From an uncultured Gammaproteobacteria bacterium (GTDB taxonomy: Bacteria > Patescibacteriota > Patescibacteriia > UBA9934), in assembly GCA_964552565.1 (NCBI GenBank), contig CAZKGL010000001.1, forward strand, positions 567,060 to 626,815: 59,756 nucleotides of DNA. The letters are read 5' to 3'. The notes below the pieces were generated by a model that worked only from the letters and a program-made list of their open reading frames with translations, did not search any database and was not told the DNA's origin. The translations under genes were made by a program, and so were the position numbers. Position 1 is the first letter of the stretch. Each line of letters opens with the position of its first letter. Positions 8,422 through 19,160 of this stretch are shown here, in pieces.

Positions 8422-9858
8422 ATGCATGTGTTGGGACTGTTCTGGGGGATCGGCGCGGGCTGCGGGACCGGCAGCGTGAAGCTCGACGACACCGGGGGCG
8501 GCGAAACGGATACGTCGCCCAAGGACTCTGGCGACACCAGTACGCCGAACGACACCGGCGAGGTGGAGCCTGGCGAGGAGCTCGAGGCGGCGTTCACCAT
8601 CAGCGGCGAGCTGCGGAGTCTCTTCGGCATGTCGCTCGGCGAGGGCGACGTGGACGGCGACGGCTCGGACGACTTGCTCGTCGGCGCGCCCGGCATCCAG
8701 CGCGACGAGGACTACGTCGGGACGGGCGCCATGGGCGAGGTGTGGCTGTTCCACGGCCCCATCCTCCCCGACTCGCACCCGCGCTCCACGCACTTCACCG
8801 GCATCGCCGAGGGCGACAGCATCGGCACGGCCGTCGCACACGGCGACTTCAACAAGGACGGCGTGCGTGACGTCGCGGTCGGCGGCGGCATGGCCACGCC
8901 CGACAACCCGGACGCCTCCGGCTTCGTCAGCGTCGTCTCCGGCCCGTTCACGGACGAGGTCGCGCTGTCGCGCGGGACGATGCTGTCGCTCGGCAGTCCG
9001 GCTGATGCGTTCGGCGCCGCGCTGCTCGCGGACGACATCACGGGGGACGGTGTCGACGACCTCGTTGTCGGCGCGCCGCGCGCGTCGAGCGGGGAAATCC
9101 TCGTCTATGCCGGTTCCGAGCTCTACGCGCTCGGGTGGTCGGTCATGTTCACCGCGATCGCGACCAGCGAGACCGACGCGTTCGGTTCCGCGCTCGCGAG
9201 CGGCGACGTCAACGGCGACGGCATCGCCGACCTCATCGTCGGCGCGCCGGGCGCGAACGGACTGGAAGACGCCACGGGAGCCGCGTACCTGTTCGAAGGC
9301 CCGCTGCTCACCAGGGAAGCGGACTTCCCCGGCACGGCACGCGGCGACCGCATGGGCGCCAGCGTCGATCTCGACGACCTCGACGGCGACGGCTACGCGG
9401 ACGCCATCATCGGCGCGCCGGGCAGCGACAACGGCGGCCTCGAGGCGGGCCTCGTCACCATCGTCGCTGGATCGAGCGCGTCGGTGGTCGCCGAAGAGGA
9501 GGTCACGCTCCGCGGTGAGCAGGCCGGTGCGCAGGCCGGCACGAGCGTCGCCTTCGCCCACGACATGAACGGCGACGGCAACTACGACCTCGTGGTGGGC
9601 GCCCCGGCGTACGACGCGGAAGACGCGATCGACGCCGGCCGTGCGTACCTCGTGCTCGGCCCGGTGGAGGGCAGCCACACGCTCGCGGCGAGCGACCATG
9701 TCACCGGCTACACGACGAACATGCGGCTCGGGCTGTCAGTGCTCGGCGACACCGAGCTCACCGGCGACAGCATGGCCGACATCGTCCTCGGGGGCCCGAA
9801 CACGAGCTACCCCGAGGCCGAGATGACGGGCATCGTCCTGTTCCTGGCCGGCTACTGA
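8422..9858 (+). CDS. FG-GAP (integrin-alpha-like beta-propeller) lipoprotein
   Basis: Repeated GD(V/F/I)xGDGxxDLxVGAP motifs; AGC lipobox; DTG-rich linker; very high GC3. Confidence 0.85.
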   Translation: MHVLGLFWGIGAGCGTGSVKLDDTGGGETDTSPKDSGDTSTPNDTGEVEPGEELEAAFTISGELRSLFGMSLGEGDVDGDGSDDLLVGAPGIQRDEDYVGTGAMGEVWLFHGPILPDSHPRSTHFTGIAEGDSIGTAVAHGDFNKDGVRDVAVGGGMATPDNPDASGFVSVVSGPFTDEVALSRGTMLSLGSPADAFGAALLADDITGDGVDDLVVGAPRASSGEILVYAGSELYALGWSVMFTAIATSETDAFGSALASGDVNGDGIADLIVGAPGANGLEDATGAAYLFEGPLLTREADFPGTARGDRMGASVDLDDLDGDGYADAIIGAPGSDNGGLEAGLVTIVAGSSASVVAEEEVTLRGEQAGAQAGTSVAFAHDMNGDGNYDLVVGAPAYDAEDAIDAGRAYLVLGPVEGSHTLAASDHVTGYTTNMRLGLSVLGDTELTGDSMADIVLGGPNTSYPEAEMTGIVLFLAGY

Positions 9859-9954
9859 AAACGTCGCGGAGCGTCCCCTCGGACGCTCCGCTTCTGCATG
9901 AAAAAGGTCAGCCGCCCGGGACGAGCCCGAGCGGCATGAGAGACCTCCTGTTGT

Positions 9955-10677
9955 TCAGCTCGCCTGGCCGTCCACGGTCACGTAGACGTAGGTGTCGTCG
10001 TGCGGCGAGTGGTCGTCACCGATCTTGGCGCCCGTCGTCACGTCGTCCCAGCCGATGGCGGCAAGGTGCAGTGAGAAGACAGAGCCCTTCGGCGCGTCTT
10101 CGGGCACCGTCCAGACGAACTGGACCTCCACCGGCTCGTACGCCTTCACGCTGACCGGCGCGATCTGCGTCTGACGGCCGCCGACCGTGGACTGGTCGCT
10201 GAGCGTGTAGAAGACCTGCACGCCGGTGACGGACACCGGCCGCACGGCGTAGGTCTTGCCGCCGTCCTTCGCGCCGATGATGACGGTCGCGGGATCGTCG
10301 CCCTTCGCCATCTTGTCCACCCAGGGGCGCTTCTCCTCCCACGTCGGCTTGAACTGGAACTCGAAGCGGTTGATCCGCAGGTCCCCGCAGTCGTTGTACG
10401 AACGAAGCGTGAAGCGCAGCGTCACCTGCTGCCCCGGCTTGGCCCGAATCTTGTCCGTCCCCACCCTGTCCATCTGCGGCAGCGTCGCGACGCCGACGAG
10501 CTGGCGACGGCCGGTCTTCATGGATCCGTCCGGATGCCGCTCCGTGGCAACCATGGGACCGTAGGCGCCGAACCAGCAGTGCGGATCGGCCTTGTAGTCG
10601 TTCTCACTCTCCGTGGGCGCGACGCCCATCAGGGACACGAGAAGAACCACCGCAGAACAAAGGCGCAATAAACGCAT
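9955..10677 (-). CDS. Secreted hypothetical protein
   Basis: Signal-peptide-like MRLLRLCSAVVLLVSLMG; strong GC3 bias. Confidence 0.7.
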   Translation of the reverse strand: MRLLRLCSAVVLLVSLMGVAPTESENDYKADPHCWFGAYGPMVATERHPDGSMKTGRRQLVGVATLPQMDRVGTDKIRAKPGQQVTLRFTLRSYNDCGDLRINRFEFQFKPTWEEKRPWVDKMAKGDDPATVIIGAKDGGKTYAVRPVSVTGVQVFYTLSDQSTVGGRQTQIAPVSVKAYEPVEVQFVWTVPEDAPKGSVFSLHLAAIGWDDVTTGAKIGDDHSPHDDTYVYVTVDGQAS

Positions 10678-10761
10678 GACCCACCCTCCTGGACCGACAT
10701 CACATGACAAACGCTTTGCCGTCAATATCTACGAAAAACACGCCCGGAGGCGCGTCGTTCG

Positions 10762-11562
10762 TTAGGCCGCTCTTTTCTTCTTCTCCCGCACCTCGGCGAT
10801 GCGGTCTTCAAATTCCGGGATCTTTTGGTTTTCCTGGTTCGCGTCCCGCAGGCGCTCAAGGGCCGTCGTCGCCTCGTGGACGTCCTCGGCATTGATGGCC
10901 GCGTCGATATAAAAGTCGAGGTACTTTGGGTTGTTCGGGCTGATGTCGAGCGCGTCCTTGTAAAACGCCATTGCGTCATCCGCCTTGCCCTCCGCCTCCG
11001 CCACCTCGCCGAGCGCCGCAAGCACGCTCGCGTCCTTCGGCGAAAGCTTGAGGAGGAACTGGAACGTCTCGCGTGCGCCCTGGTAATCCTTTTTCATGAA
11101 GTACAGGCGGCCGAGGTGTTCGTATGCGGCGACATTCTTCGGGTCGTGGCTGACGACTTCGATGAGCTTTTTTTCCGCCGCGTCGAACCGCTCCTCGTCC
11201 ATGAGGACTTCGGCCTCGCGGACGAGTTCGCGCAACACCTCCGGGTTATGCGCCTGCTCGACGCCCTTCTGGCGTTCGGCATATCGGCGTTCGAGCGCAG
11301 TAAGCTTGCCCGCCGCACGGCGGACGGCGTTCTGGATGCTCGTGCCGACCGGCACAAGGACGTCGCGCTTCAGCGTCTGCGCCTTCTCGCTCCCCATGCG
11401 CTCCAGGCGCTGCTTCAAAATGGCGTACTTCACCTCCCGGCTCTTCGCCTCTTTGGACGAGGACGGGTCGACGACGCGGATCTGCGGCAATTTGCGGATG
11501 CCGAGCCAGATGAGCGCGCCAAGACAGGCGGCCAGGACGATGATCAAGAGAATTTCCATCAT
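10762..11562 (-). CDS. Membrane-anchored TPR protein
   Basis: N-terminal TM segment; TPR-like repeats (AYEHLGRLY, VLAALGEV). Confidence 0.85.
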   Translation of the reverse strand: MMEILLIIVLAACLGALIWLGIRKLPQIRVVDPSSSKEAKSREVKYAILKQRLERMGSEKAQTLKRDVLVPVGTSIQNAVRRAAGKLTALERRYAERQKGVEQAHNPEVLRELVREAEVLMDEERFDAAEKKLIEVVSHDPKNVAAYEHLGRLYFMKKDYQGARETFQFLLKLSPKDASVLAALGEVAEAEGKADDAMAFYKDALDISPNNPKYLDFYIDAAINAEDVHEATTALERLRDANQENQKIPEFEDRIAEVREKKKRAA

Positions 11563-12332
11563 AGGCTCTGGGCGGTGATGACCTCCGACGCAGCAGAAAT
11601 AATCGCGAGGAATTCGTGGATCTTCAGGCTCGCGCCGCCGACAAGCACACCGTCGATGTCGCGCTCACGCAGGAACGCATAGGCGTTGGCGCCGTCGACC
11701 GAGCCGCCGTACAGCACCTTCGCATCCGTCTCGGCGATATGCTGCGACTCGTGGAGCGCCTTGCGGACGACGCGATGCATCGCGACCGCGTCGGCCGGCG
11801 TCGCGGGCGTGCCGCTCCCAATAGCCCAGACCGGTTCGTACGCCACCATGCAGACGCTGCGCTTCGGCAGCCGCAGGCCGTCGAATGCGGCGCGCACCTG
11901 CCGGGCGACGGCCTCCTCGGCCTTGCCCGCCGCGCGCTCCTCCGCAGTCTCCCCGACGCACACGACCGGCGTCAGGCCCGCCGCAAACGCCTGCACCGCC
12001 TTGTCGTGCACCATCGCGTCCGTTTCGCCCAGCGACCGCCGCCGCTCGGAGTGACCGACAAGCACATGCGTACACCCGGCATCGGCAAGCTGCTGCGCCG
12101 AAATCTCCCCGGTCAACGGGCCCGAAGGCTGCGGTGCGACGTTTTGCGCGCCGAGCGCAACGTGGCTGCGCGCAATAAGCTTCCGCACGTCGGCGAGCGC
12201 CGTCGACGACGGACACACGACAATGTCCGGCAGCGCCTCGCTGCCGCGGATGCCGTGGAGCACGCCGCGCACCAAGGCGACGCTCTCGCGGCTGCCGAGG
12301 TGCATCTTGTAGTTGCCGATGACGGTCTTCAT
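11559..12332 (-). CDS. tpiA: Triosephosphate isomerase
   Basis: GNYKM, GHSERR, AYEPVWAIG, YGGSV, LVGGASL. Confidence 0.98.
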   Translation of the reverse strand: MKTVIGNYKMHLGSRESVALVRGVLHGIRGSEALPDIVVCPSSTALADVRKLIARSHVALGAQNVAPQPSGPLTGEISAQQLADAGCTHVLVGHSERRRSLGETDAMVHDKAVQAFAAGLTPVVCVGETAEERAAGKAEEAVARQVRAAFDGLRLPKRSVCMVAYEPVWAIGSGTPATPADAVAMHRVVRKALHESQHIAETDAKVLYGGSVDGANAYAFLRERDIDGVLVGGASLKIHEFLAIISAASEVITAQSL

Positions 12333-12335
12333 ACG

Positions 12336-13607
12336 CTAGACCTTGATGTGCTCGAGTACTGCCGCGTCGGACTTAAACGGCCCGACGGTCGCGACGGCCA
12401 TCTTCGGGAAGTCGAAAACCGCTTTCGCGACGCGGGCGATGTCGGCGCGCGTCACCTTCGCAAACTTTGCCAGCCGCGCGTCCAAACTCTCCACGTCGCC
12501 AAAGAACAGCTCTTGGCGTCCCACGAACTCCGCGCGGTCGGACGAGTCCTCAAGCCGGAGCTTGAGCGCGCCTTCCACGTGGTCCTTCGCTTTCTTGAGT
12601 TCATCATCGGTCACCCCCTTCGCCGCCATCTTCTTGATCTCCTTCAGGATGACGTCGCATGCAAGCCCGATGCGCTTCGCGTCAAGGCCGGCGCGCACCA
12701 TGAAGATGCCCGCATCGTCGTACGCATCCGCCGCAGCCTTCACCGTGTAGCAGAGGCCGCGCTTCTCGCGCACTTCGATGAACAGGCGCGACGACATGCT
12801 GCCGCCGAGGATGGTCGCCATGAGCTTGATGGCCTCTTGGTCCGGATGCGCGCGACCGACGGTCGGGAACCCAAAGGCGAGCTGTACCTGCTGCAGCGGC
12901 TTGTATTGGCGGCCGATGCGCGGCTTCTTGCTCGGAGTGACGCCGGCGAATGCCGCGCCCGGCTCCGGCACCTTCTTGCCCCTCGCCTTGCCGAACGCCT
13001 TCTCGAGGAGCGCGACGGCGTCTTTCGGCACCTTGCCCGAAAGCACGATGACCGTGTTCGACGGGACGTAGTACGCGTCGCGGTATGCCAGCACGTCCGC
13101 GCGTTTCATCGCCATCATGGAAACCGGCGTGCCGGCGATGTTCTTGCCAAGCGCATGACCGTCGAACATCGCGTCCTCGAGGAGATCCTCGACATGCATG
13201 ATGGGGTTCTCCTCGTACATTTTGATCTCCTCGATGATCACCTTGCGCTCCTTGTCCATCTCCTTCTTGTCGAAAAGCGAGTTCTGGAGCATGTCACCAA
13301 GCACGTCGATGGCGACCGCGGCCTTTTCGCCGTCGATCTTAATGTAGTACCCCGTGAGGTCCTTGCCGGTGTACGCGTTGTACTCGGCGCCGTACTGGTC
13401 GATAAGCTGCGTCAGCTCGAGCGTCGTCGGGCGCTTCTTAGTGCCCTTAAACATGAGGTGCTCGATGAAGTGCGAGCCGCCCCACACCTTGTGCGGTTCG
13501 TTGCGCGACCCGACCTTGTAGAGGACGAGCGCGGTCATCGCCTGCGTGCCCGGCATCGGGACGATGTGCACGCGGGTGCCGTTCTTGAGTGTGCGTACGT
13601 TTGCCAT
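12336..13607 (-). CDS. M16 (pitrilysin-family) zinc peptidase
   Basis: HFIEH inverted zinc motif, NAYT, SSRLFIEVREKRGLCY. Confidence 0.95.
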   Translation of the reverse strand: MANVRTLKNGTRVHIVPMPGTQAMTALVLYKVGSRNEPHKVWGGSHFIEHLMFKGTKKRPTTLELTQLIDQYGAEYNAYTGKDLTGYYIKIDGEKAAVAIDVLGDMLQNSLFDKKEMDKERKVIIEEIKMYEENPIMHVEDLLEDAMFDGHALGKNIAGTPVSMMAMKRADVLAYRDAYYVPSNTVIVLSGKVPKDAVALLEKAFGKARGKKVPEPGAAFAGVTPSKKPRIGRQYKPLQQVQLAFGFPTVGRAHPDQEAIKLMATILGGSMSSRLFIEVREKRGLCYTVKAAADAYDDAGIFMVRAGLDAKRIGLACDVILKEIKKMAAKGVTDDELKKAKDHVEGALKLRLEDSSDRAEFVGRQELFFGDVESLDARLAKFAKVTRADIARVAKAVFDFPKMAVATVGPFKSDAAVLEHIKV

Positions 13608-13611
13608 AAGC

Positions 13612-14922
13612 CTAGACGTCCAGTTTCTTCTTGAAATATTCGACAAGCTCCGCTACGGGCACGCGCTCTTGCGCCATCGTATCGCGGTCACGGACAGTGA
13701 CCGCCTTATCTTCGAGCGAGTCAAAGTCGACCGTCACGCAGTAGGGCGTACCGATCTCATCCTGGCGGCGGTAGCGTTTGCCGATCGACTGCGTTTCATC
13801 GTAATCGACGCGCCAATGCGTCGCGAGTGTCTCGGCGAGCGGCCGCGCGACATCGCTCAGTTCATCCTTCTTGCTGAGCGGCAATACGGCGATCTTCACC
13901 GGAGCAAGGTGCTTCGGGAATTTCAAGACGACGCGCGTCTCGCCCTCAACCTCTTCTTCGTGATAGGCCGAGAGCAGCACGATGAGGACTGTGCGGTCGA
14001 CGCCGAATGCCGGCTCCACGACATGCGGGACGTACTTTTCATTCGTTGCCGGATCGGTGTAGAGCAAGTCCTTCCCCGATGCATCCGCGTGCATCTTCAA
14101 ATCATAGTCGGTCCGGTACGCCAAGCCGTACAATTCCTTGCGGCCAAACGGATAGTCGAACTCAAGATCAACCGTGCGCTTCGAATAGTGCGCGCGCTCA
14201 TCTTCAGGAACTTCGAGTTCATGGACACGGGACGCATCGACGCCACATTCCGCGATCCATTCATGCATCTGCGCGAGCCAGTAGTCGAAGTGTTTCTCCC
14301 ACTCGCTCGGATGAACGAAGTATTCGAACTCCATCAAGTCGAATTCGCGCTGGCGGAAGATGAAGTTGCCCGGCGTGATTTCGTTGCGGAACGCCTTCCC
14401 GCACTGCGCAATGCCAAATGGCACACGCTTGCGGCTCGCATTGAGCACCAACGGAAAGTCCACAAACATCGCCTGCGCCGTTTCCGGACGGAAATACGCG
14501 ACGTTCGTGCCGTCGTCCTTGGGTCCGATGAACGTCTTCATCATCATGTTGAAGGCGGCCGGTTCGGTGAACGTCCCCTTATTGCCGCACTTGGCGCACG
14601 CAGCCGTGAGGTCGATCTGGTCCGCGCGATAGCGCTCATGACACGACTTGCACTCAACGAGCGGATCGCTGAACGTCGCGACGTGGCCGCTTGCCTCCCA
14701 TACCTTGGGGTTCATGATAAGGGCGGCGTCGATGCCGACCATGTCGAGACGCGACGTGACAAATTTCTTCCACCAGGCGGCTTTAATGTTGTTCTTGAGC
14801 TCAACGCCAAGCGGACCGTAGTCCCAGCTGTTCGCCATGCCGCCGTAAATCTCCGAACCCGGAAACACAAAACCTCGCGCCTTGCACAACTGCACGAGCT
14901 TCTCCATCGTGACGTCTGCCAT
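13612..14922 (-). CDS. glyQS: Glycine--tRNA ligase, alpha2 type
   Basis: YFRPETAQ, FRNEITPGNFIFRQREF, IGKRYRRQDEIGTP. Confidence 0.97.
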   Translation of the reverse strand: MADVTMEKLVQLCKARGFVFPGSEIYGGMANSWDYGPLGVELKNNIKAAWWKKFVTSRLDMVGIDAALIMNPKVWEASGHVATFSDPLVECKSCHERYRADQIDLTAACAKCGNKGTFTEPAAFNMMMKTFIGPKDDGTNVAYFRPETAQAMFVDFPLVLNASRKRVPFGIAQCGKAFRNEITPGNFIFRQREFDLMEFEYFVHPSEWEKHFDYWLAQMHEWIAECGVDASRVHELEVPEDERAHYSKRTVDLEFDYPFGRKELYGLAYRTDYDLKMHADASGKDLLYTDPATNEKYVPHVVEPAFGVDRTVLIVLLSAYHEEEVEGETRVVLKFPKHLAPVKIAVLPLSKKDELSDVARPLAETLATHWRVDYDETQSIGKRYRRQDEIGTPYCVTVDFDSLEDKAVTVRDRDTMAQERVPVAELVEYFKKKLDV

Positions 14923-14959
14923 ATGGCCTCATTGGGCGTCGCTGGCTGCGACGCGCCGG

Positions 14960-15502
14960 TTAAATCGTCGTAATCTCTTTCTCCTTCTTTTCGCCCATCG
15001 CGTCGATCTGCGCCATGTATTCCTTGACGACCTTCTCGAGCGACTCGACGTTGCGGCGGATGTCGTCTTTGCCGACGCCCTCCTCCTTCTCGACTTTCTT
15101 TTTCACTTCTTCACGGACGCGGCGGACGGCGACGCGTGCCTCTTCGAGCTTCTCCTTGAGCATCTTCACCATGCGCTGGCGCGTCTCGTCGGTCATCATC
15201 GGCATCACCATGCGGATGGTCTTCCCGTCGACCGTAGGGTTCATGCCGAGGTCGGCCTTCTGGAGGCTAGTTTCGATCGCTTTCGTCACGCCCGCATCCC
15301 ACGGGTCGATGCTGATAGTGCGCGCGTCCGGCGTCGAAATCGCTGCGAGCGCCTTCAGGGGCTGCATGGTCCCGTAGGCCTCGACCTCGACGTTTTCCAC
15401 CATGCCGGGGTTTGCGCGCCCGGTGCGGATGGCCATGAGGTTCTCGGCGAGGTGGTCAATCGCCTTGGCAAAATTCGGCTTGGCTTCGTCAATGATGTGC
15501 AT
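14960..15502 (-). CDS. frr: Ribosome recycling factor
   Basis: IRTGRANP, IDPWD, RVAVRRVR. Confidence 0.97.
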   Translation of the reverse strand: MHIIDEAKPNFAKAIDHLAENLMAIRTGRANPGMVENVEVEAYGTMQPLKALAAISTPDARTISIDPWDAGVTKAIETSLQKADLGMNPTVDGKTIRMVMPMMTDETRQRMVKMLKEKLEEARVAVRRVREEVKKKVEKEEGVGKDDIRRNVESLEKVVKEYMAQIDAMGEKKEKEITTI

Positions 15503-15568
15503 AGATAGGAAAATGGGGAAAGCTCAGCTAGTGTAAGGAGCAGAGCCTTCCCCGTCAAACTGTCCGTT

Positions 15569-16636
15569 TTAGTCCTCTTCCTGGTACAAACCGAGCAAGA
15601 TGAGGTCGCTGTTCGCCGGATGCACCCGGAGCGCGGCGGCCTGCCGGCTCGATGGGAGCTCCTCCGTCGTCCAGGCGCTGCCGCCTGAGGTCGAGCGGTA
15701 GAAGGTCGAGTCCGTGCCGTACATGACCGTGTTGCCGTCCGCGGGGTCGACCGCAAGCGCAAGGATGTCGACCTCGCCGCGCGCCGTGATAAGCGGGACG
15801 TCGCTCCATGTCCCGCCCTGGTCCTTGGAGACGAGGAGCCCGTATTCCGAACTCATGTAGAGCGTCTTCCCGTCCGCGGTCTGGGCGAAGTCGTAGAAGT
15901 TGTCCGACTGCCGGTACGTCTCCTTGAGCGTGTCTTCGAGCTCGGTCCAGTTTGCACCCGCGTCCGTGGAGCGGTAGATGCCGTGGCGTCGCGAACCGGC
16001 GAGGAGGATGCGGCTGTCCGTATTGCTGACCATGATCCCCGACAGTTCGTCGTTCACGCGGTAGATCGTCGCCCAGCTCTCGCCGCCGTCCGTGGAACGG
16101 ATGACGTCACCCGCGGTGGTCGTCATGTACAGCGTATTCGGGTTGTACCAGTCAATGACGAAGTCGGTGAGATCCTCGTCGGCCCGCGACTCGACGTACA
16201 TCTCCGTCATGAACGTGCGGCCGCATGTCGTCGTTTTCATGACGCGGTCTGTTTTGAGGACGTAGTACGTGCACACATCGCGCGGGTCGACTTCGATGTC
16301 GAGTATCGCGCCGCTACGCGCCAGCGCCTCTTCCGGACGCTGCCACGTGGCGCCGGCGTCATATGAGTACAGGAGGCCGTCGCCCGAGGTGCCGACGTAA
16401 TACGCCGAGTCGTCCTGCGGGTCGACTTCGATGGCGAGAATGTCGACCGCGCTGATGGAGCCGACGGAGAACTGGCCCGGGAGCGCGGCGAACTGCGTCC
16501 AGCCCGACCCGCCGTCGTCCGAGACCCACAAGCCGCCGTCGCTGACGTCGGCGCTACTGCCGCCCAAGGAAAGGCACCCGCCGCCGGCGAGCGCAAGAAG
16601 CGACAGGCTGGCAGCAAACCGTGAAGCCGATGACAT
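15569..16636 (-). CDS. BNR/Asp-box repeat lipoprotein
   Basis: GGGC lipobox; repeated SxDxGxxW motifs. Confidence 0.85.
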   Translation of the reverse strand: MSSASRFAASLSLLALAGGGCLSLGGSSADVSDGGLWVSDDGGSGWTQFAALPGQFSVGSISAVDILAIEVDPQDDSAYYVGTSGDGLLYSYDAGATWQRPEEALARSGAILDIEVDPRDVCTYYVLKTDRVMKTTTCGRTFMTEMYVESRADEDLTDFVIDWYNPNTLYMTTTAGDVIRSTDGGESWATIYRVNDELSGIMVSNTDSRILLAGSRRHGIYRSTDAGANWTELEDTLKETYRQSDNFYDFAQTADGKTLYMSSEYGLLVSKDQGGTWSDVPLITARGEVDILALAVDPADGNTVMYGTDSTFYRSTSGGSAWTTEELPSSRQAAALRVHPANSDLILLGLYQEED

Positions 16637-16653
16637 AACGAAAAGAAAAATGG

Positions 16654-17418
16654 TTATGGCAACGCAAGCGCAACTTCCTCAAGAACCAGCGTGGGATTCG
16701 CATGGTCTCGAAGAGCACGCGGCGCTTCGGCAAGAAGCGCCAATGCGTTGGCGTGCGCACGCACGCGTTCGGGAGTCATTGTACCGCATTCCTGCAAAAC
16801 CGTCGTGTGGAGCGCCGCGGCGAGGTGGGCAACAAACTCCTGCACGCGCTCCATGCCCGCAGCCTCGTCGCCTTTCGTGAGCGCCAAAGCCTGGAGCAGC
16901 CGGTCGGTCTTCCCCGCGCGCACGAACGCGTCCACCGCCTGGGCGACGTCCGCGTCGCGCGACGCACGCCGCGGCACGGCGACCTCGACGACGCGCGAAC
17001 GGATCGTCGCGAGCATACGGTCGGGATACTCGGTACACAAGAAGAGCGCGGTGTCGCCTTTCGGTTCTTCGAGCGTCTTCAGGAGCGCGTTTTGGCCATG
17101 GGCGTTCAGCGCGTCCGCGTCCTCAACGATGCCGACCTTCTTGCCAGGTCCGAACGCAGAACGCGCGAGACGGGCGCCAAACTCCACCGCATCCTCGACC
17201 GGGATCTGCGCTTTCTTTTCCCCGGTCTTTTTCTCGGCAGGGCGCGCGAGGATCGCAATATTGTGGTGCCGGGCGATGTCTGCCGCGGGTACGGCAAGAA
17301 GCGCGCCCACGATGTCGGCGACCACGTCGCGCGCGTCGTCCGGCCTCCCCGCAAGCAAAAACGCATGGGCGCGGCCCTGGGAAAGCAGGCGGAGCACGGT
17401 GTCGCGAGGCGTCGGCAT
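16654..17418 (-). CDS. holB: DNA polymerase III delta-prime-like subunit
   Basis: HAFLLAG, NALLKTLEEP, TIRSR; start reassigned to 17418. Confidence 0.85.
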   Translation of the reverse strand: MPTPRDTVLRLLSQGRAHAFLLAGRPDDARDVVADIVGALLAVPAADIARHHNIAILARPAEKKTGEKKAQIPVEDAVEFGARLARSAFGPGKKVGIVEDADALNAHGQNALLKTLEEPKGDTALFLCTEYPDRMLATIRSRVVEVAVPRRASRDADVAQAVDAFVRAGKTDRLLQALALTKGDEAAGMERVQEFVAHLAAALHTTVLQECGTMTPERVRAHANALALLAEAPRALRDHANPTLVLEEVALALP

Positions 17419-17488
17419 AGTGCGGAAAAGTATAGCACACCGACGGGCGAAAAATGCCGGAAAAACATGCAAAATATCGCGTTTTCCA

Positions 17489-17517
17489 TTGACAAAACTC
17501 ATTTTTTCTGCTATCCT
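17489..17517 (+). promoter_or_regulatory. Sigma70 promoter with extended -10
   Basis: TTGACA-17 nt-TATCCT, TG upstream of the -10. Confidence 0.75.
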
Positions 17518-17674
17518 ACCCCGTTCGTGGAAACCCTTGGAGGAGGGTCTTCTCATGGAGTTCGGGCATCCTGCACGAACTGCACCGGGAGATCCCTCCC
17601 AACGGAAGCATGCCGGTCCCGCAAGGGCACGGCAGGCACGGTACTCGTGCGCATTCGCGCCAAGGAGACACACC

Positions 17675-18748
17675 ATGACCACCGAAACCGCCGGCACCGC
17701 CGGCACCGACGAGACCATCGACCCCGGCGCCCTCGCGGAGCCGACCGTCGCGTGGATCAAGCTCGAGATGCCGGAGGGCTTCGCCCGCGGCGTCGTCGCG
17801 AAGCGCATCGGGGACCTCAAGGGCAAGGCGCTCACCTGCCGCATGGCGGTGACGGAGCTCCTGGCCCACGCCGACAACCGCACGCTCCTCACGATCCTCC
17901 ACGAGATGACCCTCGGAAAGCGGGGCGCCAAGGACAAGGGCCTCGCGACCTTCGCGCGCTGCGTCGAGAACGAGGTCGCGTGGCGGGCGGAGGACGTCGA
18001 CGCCTGGGACGCGCTCAAGGGGCTCGCGGACATCATCAAGGTCCCGATCCTCGCGGTGAAGGACTCCGGTGAGCTCGAGAAGCCGGTCGAGGCGTTCAAG
18101 CGCATCGCGGACGCGCTCGCCAAGGATCCGACTTTCGGATCCCAGGCCGAGTCCGTCGTCGCGAAGGCGAAGGCCCGCAAGGCCCACGCCATCGTCTGGA
18201 TGCCCGAAGTCAGCATCACCGACGAGGTCGACTACCACCAGCGCCGTACCCGAGCGCGCCTCATCCTCGGCGCCCCCTTCGGCAAGCTGACGCCGTGCCA
18301 GAAGTCGGCGCGGCAGATCCTCGAGGCGATCGTGGAGGCGTCGGGCCGCAAGCCCCGCCGCATCCTCCTCGCCGCCCGCCGGCTCAGCCGCAAGGCGAAC
18401 ACCGGCGACCAGGAGGGGCTGCTCCGCGTCCTCGACGTGGTCTTCGAGCAGGAGGCGGCGCACAGCAAGAGCGCCGACATCCGCACGAAGCACGGCGTGC
18501 TGCTCGACGTCGCCCGGAAGCTCTCCACCAAGGAGAAGCCGGTCCACCCGCAGCAGTTCGTCGGCGACGAGTACGAGCCCCTCGAGTCCGCAGCCAAGCG
18601 TCTCGTGATCCTCGCCGGTCTCCACCGCAACGAGATCATCAAGAACGCGAAGTCCGCGATCGAGGCCCAGCTCCTCGCGGCGAAGCTCAGCGAGGCGCCG
18701 AAGGAGGAGGACGAGGAGGAGTCCGACAGCGCGAGCACCGGTTCCTGA
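17675..18748 (+). CDS. Orphan helical K/R/A-rich protein (357 aa) with acidic tail
   Basis: AGGAG RBS, very high GC3, no recognisable motif. Confidence 0.8.
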   Translation: MTTETAGTAGTDETIDPGALAEPTVAWIKLEMPEGFARGVVAKRIGDLKGKALTCRMAVTELLAHADNRTLLTILHEMTLGKRGAKDKGLATFARCVENEVAWRAEDVDAWDALKGLADIIKVPILAVKDSGELEKPVEAFKRIADALAKDPTFGSQAESVVAKAKARKAHAIVWMPEVSITDEVDYHQRRTRARLILGAPFGKLTPCQKSARQILEAIVEASGRKPRRILLAARRLSRKANTGDQEGLLRVLDVVFEQEAAHSKSADIRTKHGVLLDVARKLSTKEKPVHPQQFVGDEYEPLESAAKRLVILAGLHRNEIIKNAKSAIEAQLLAAKLSEAPKEEDEEESDSASTGS

Positions 18749-18789
18749 CACCGGTTCGGAAAAGTCAGCGTGCGGGGTAGAGCGAACGG

Positions 18790-19160
18790 CTCCCCCAAGC
18801 GTGCTGCACGATCGTGTGATCGTGCAGCGTCGCCCAAAACCCATGAAGCGATTCGTGGAGTTCGGGCGACAACGGTCGCACCCACCAATGTGGAGGAGAG
18901 AGATGATGCGGCGGACCTATGAGAGTAGGTCCATCGCATCGGTCCCAGAGTGCACGACTAGGCTCCGGCTTACTCGTCGCACATCTTCGGGGCCACGGCG
19001 CACATCGTCCTCGGACCGATCACTGCACCCCTCGCTTCCACATTTGTGGGTATTCCGCTTGTTCTCGGGCAAAAAACGTGCTAGACCATTGTCGGGAGAA
19101 GCGTTCGTTTCCCCCAACACGGTGCGCGCGAGATTTACTCGCGCGTCACTGGCCCGCCAA
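18790..19160 (+). ncRNA. Candidate multi-domain structured RNA
   Basis: 11-bp perfect stem, GCGA and GAGA tetraloops, 16/17 long-range helix (18880-18896 with 19035-19051); strand and ends uncertain. Confidence 0.5.
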
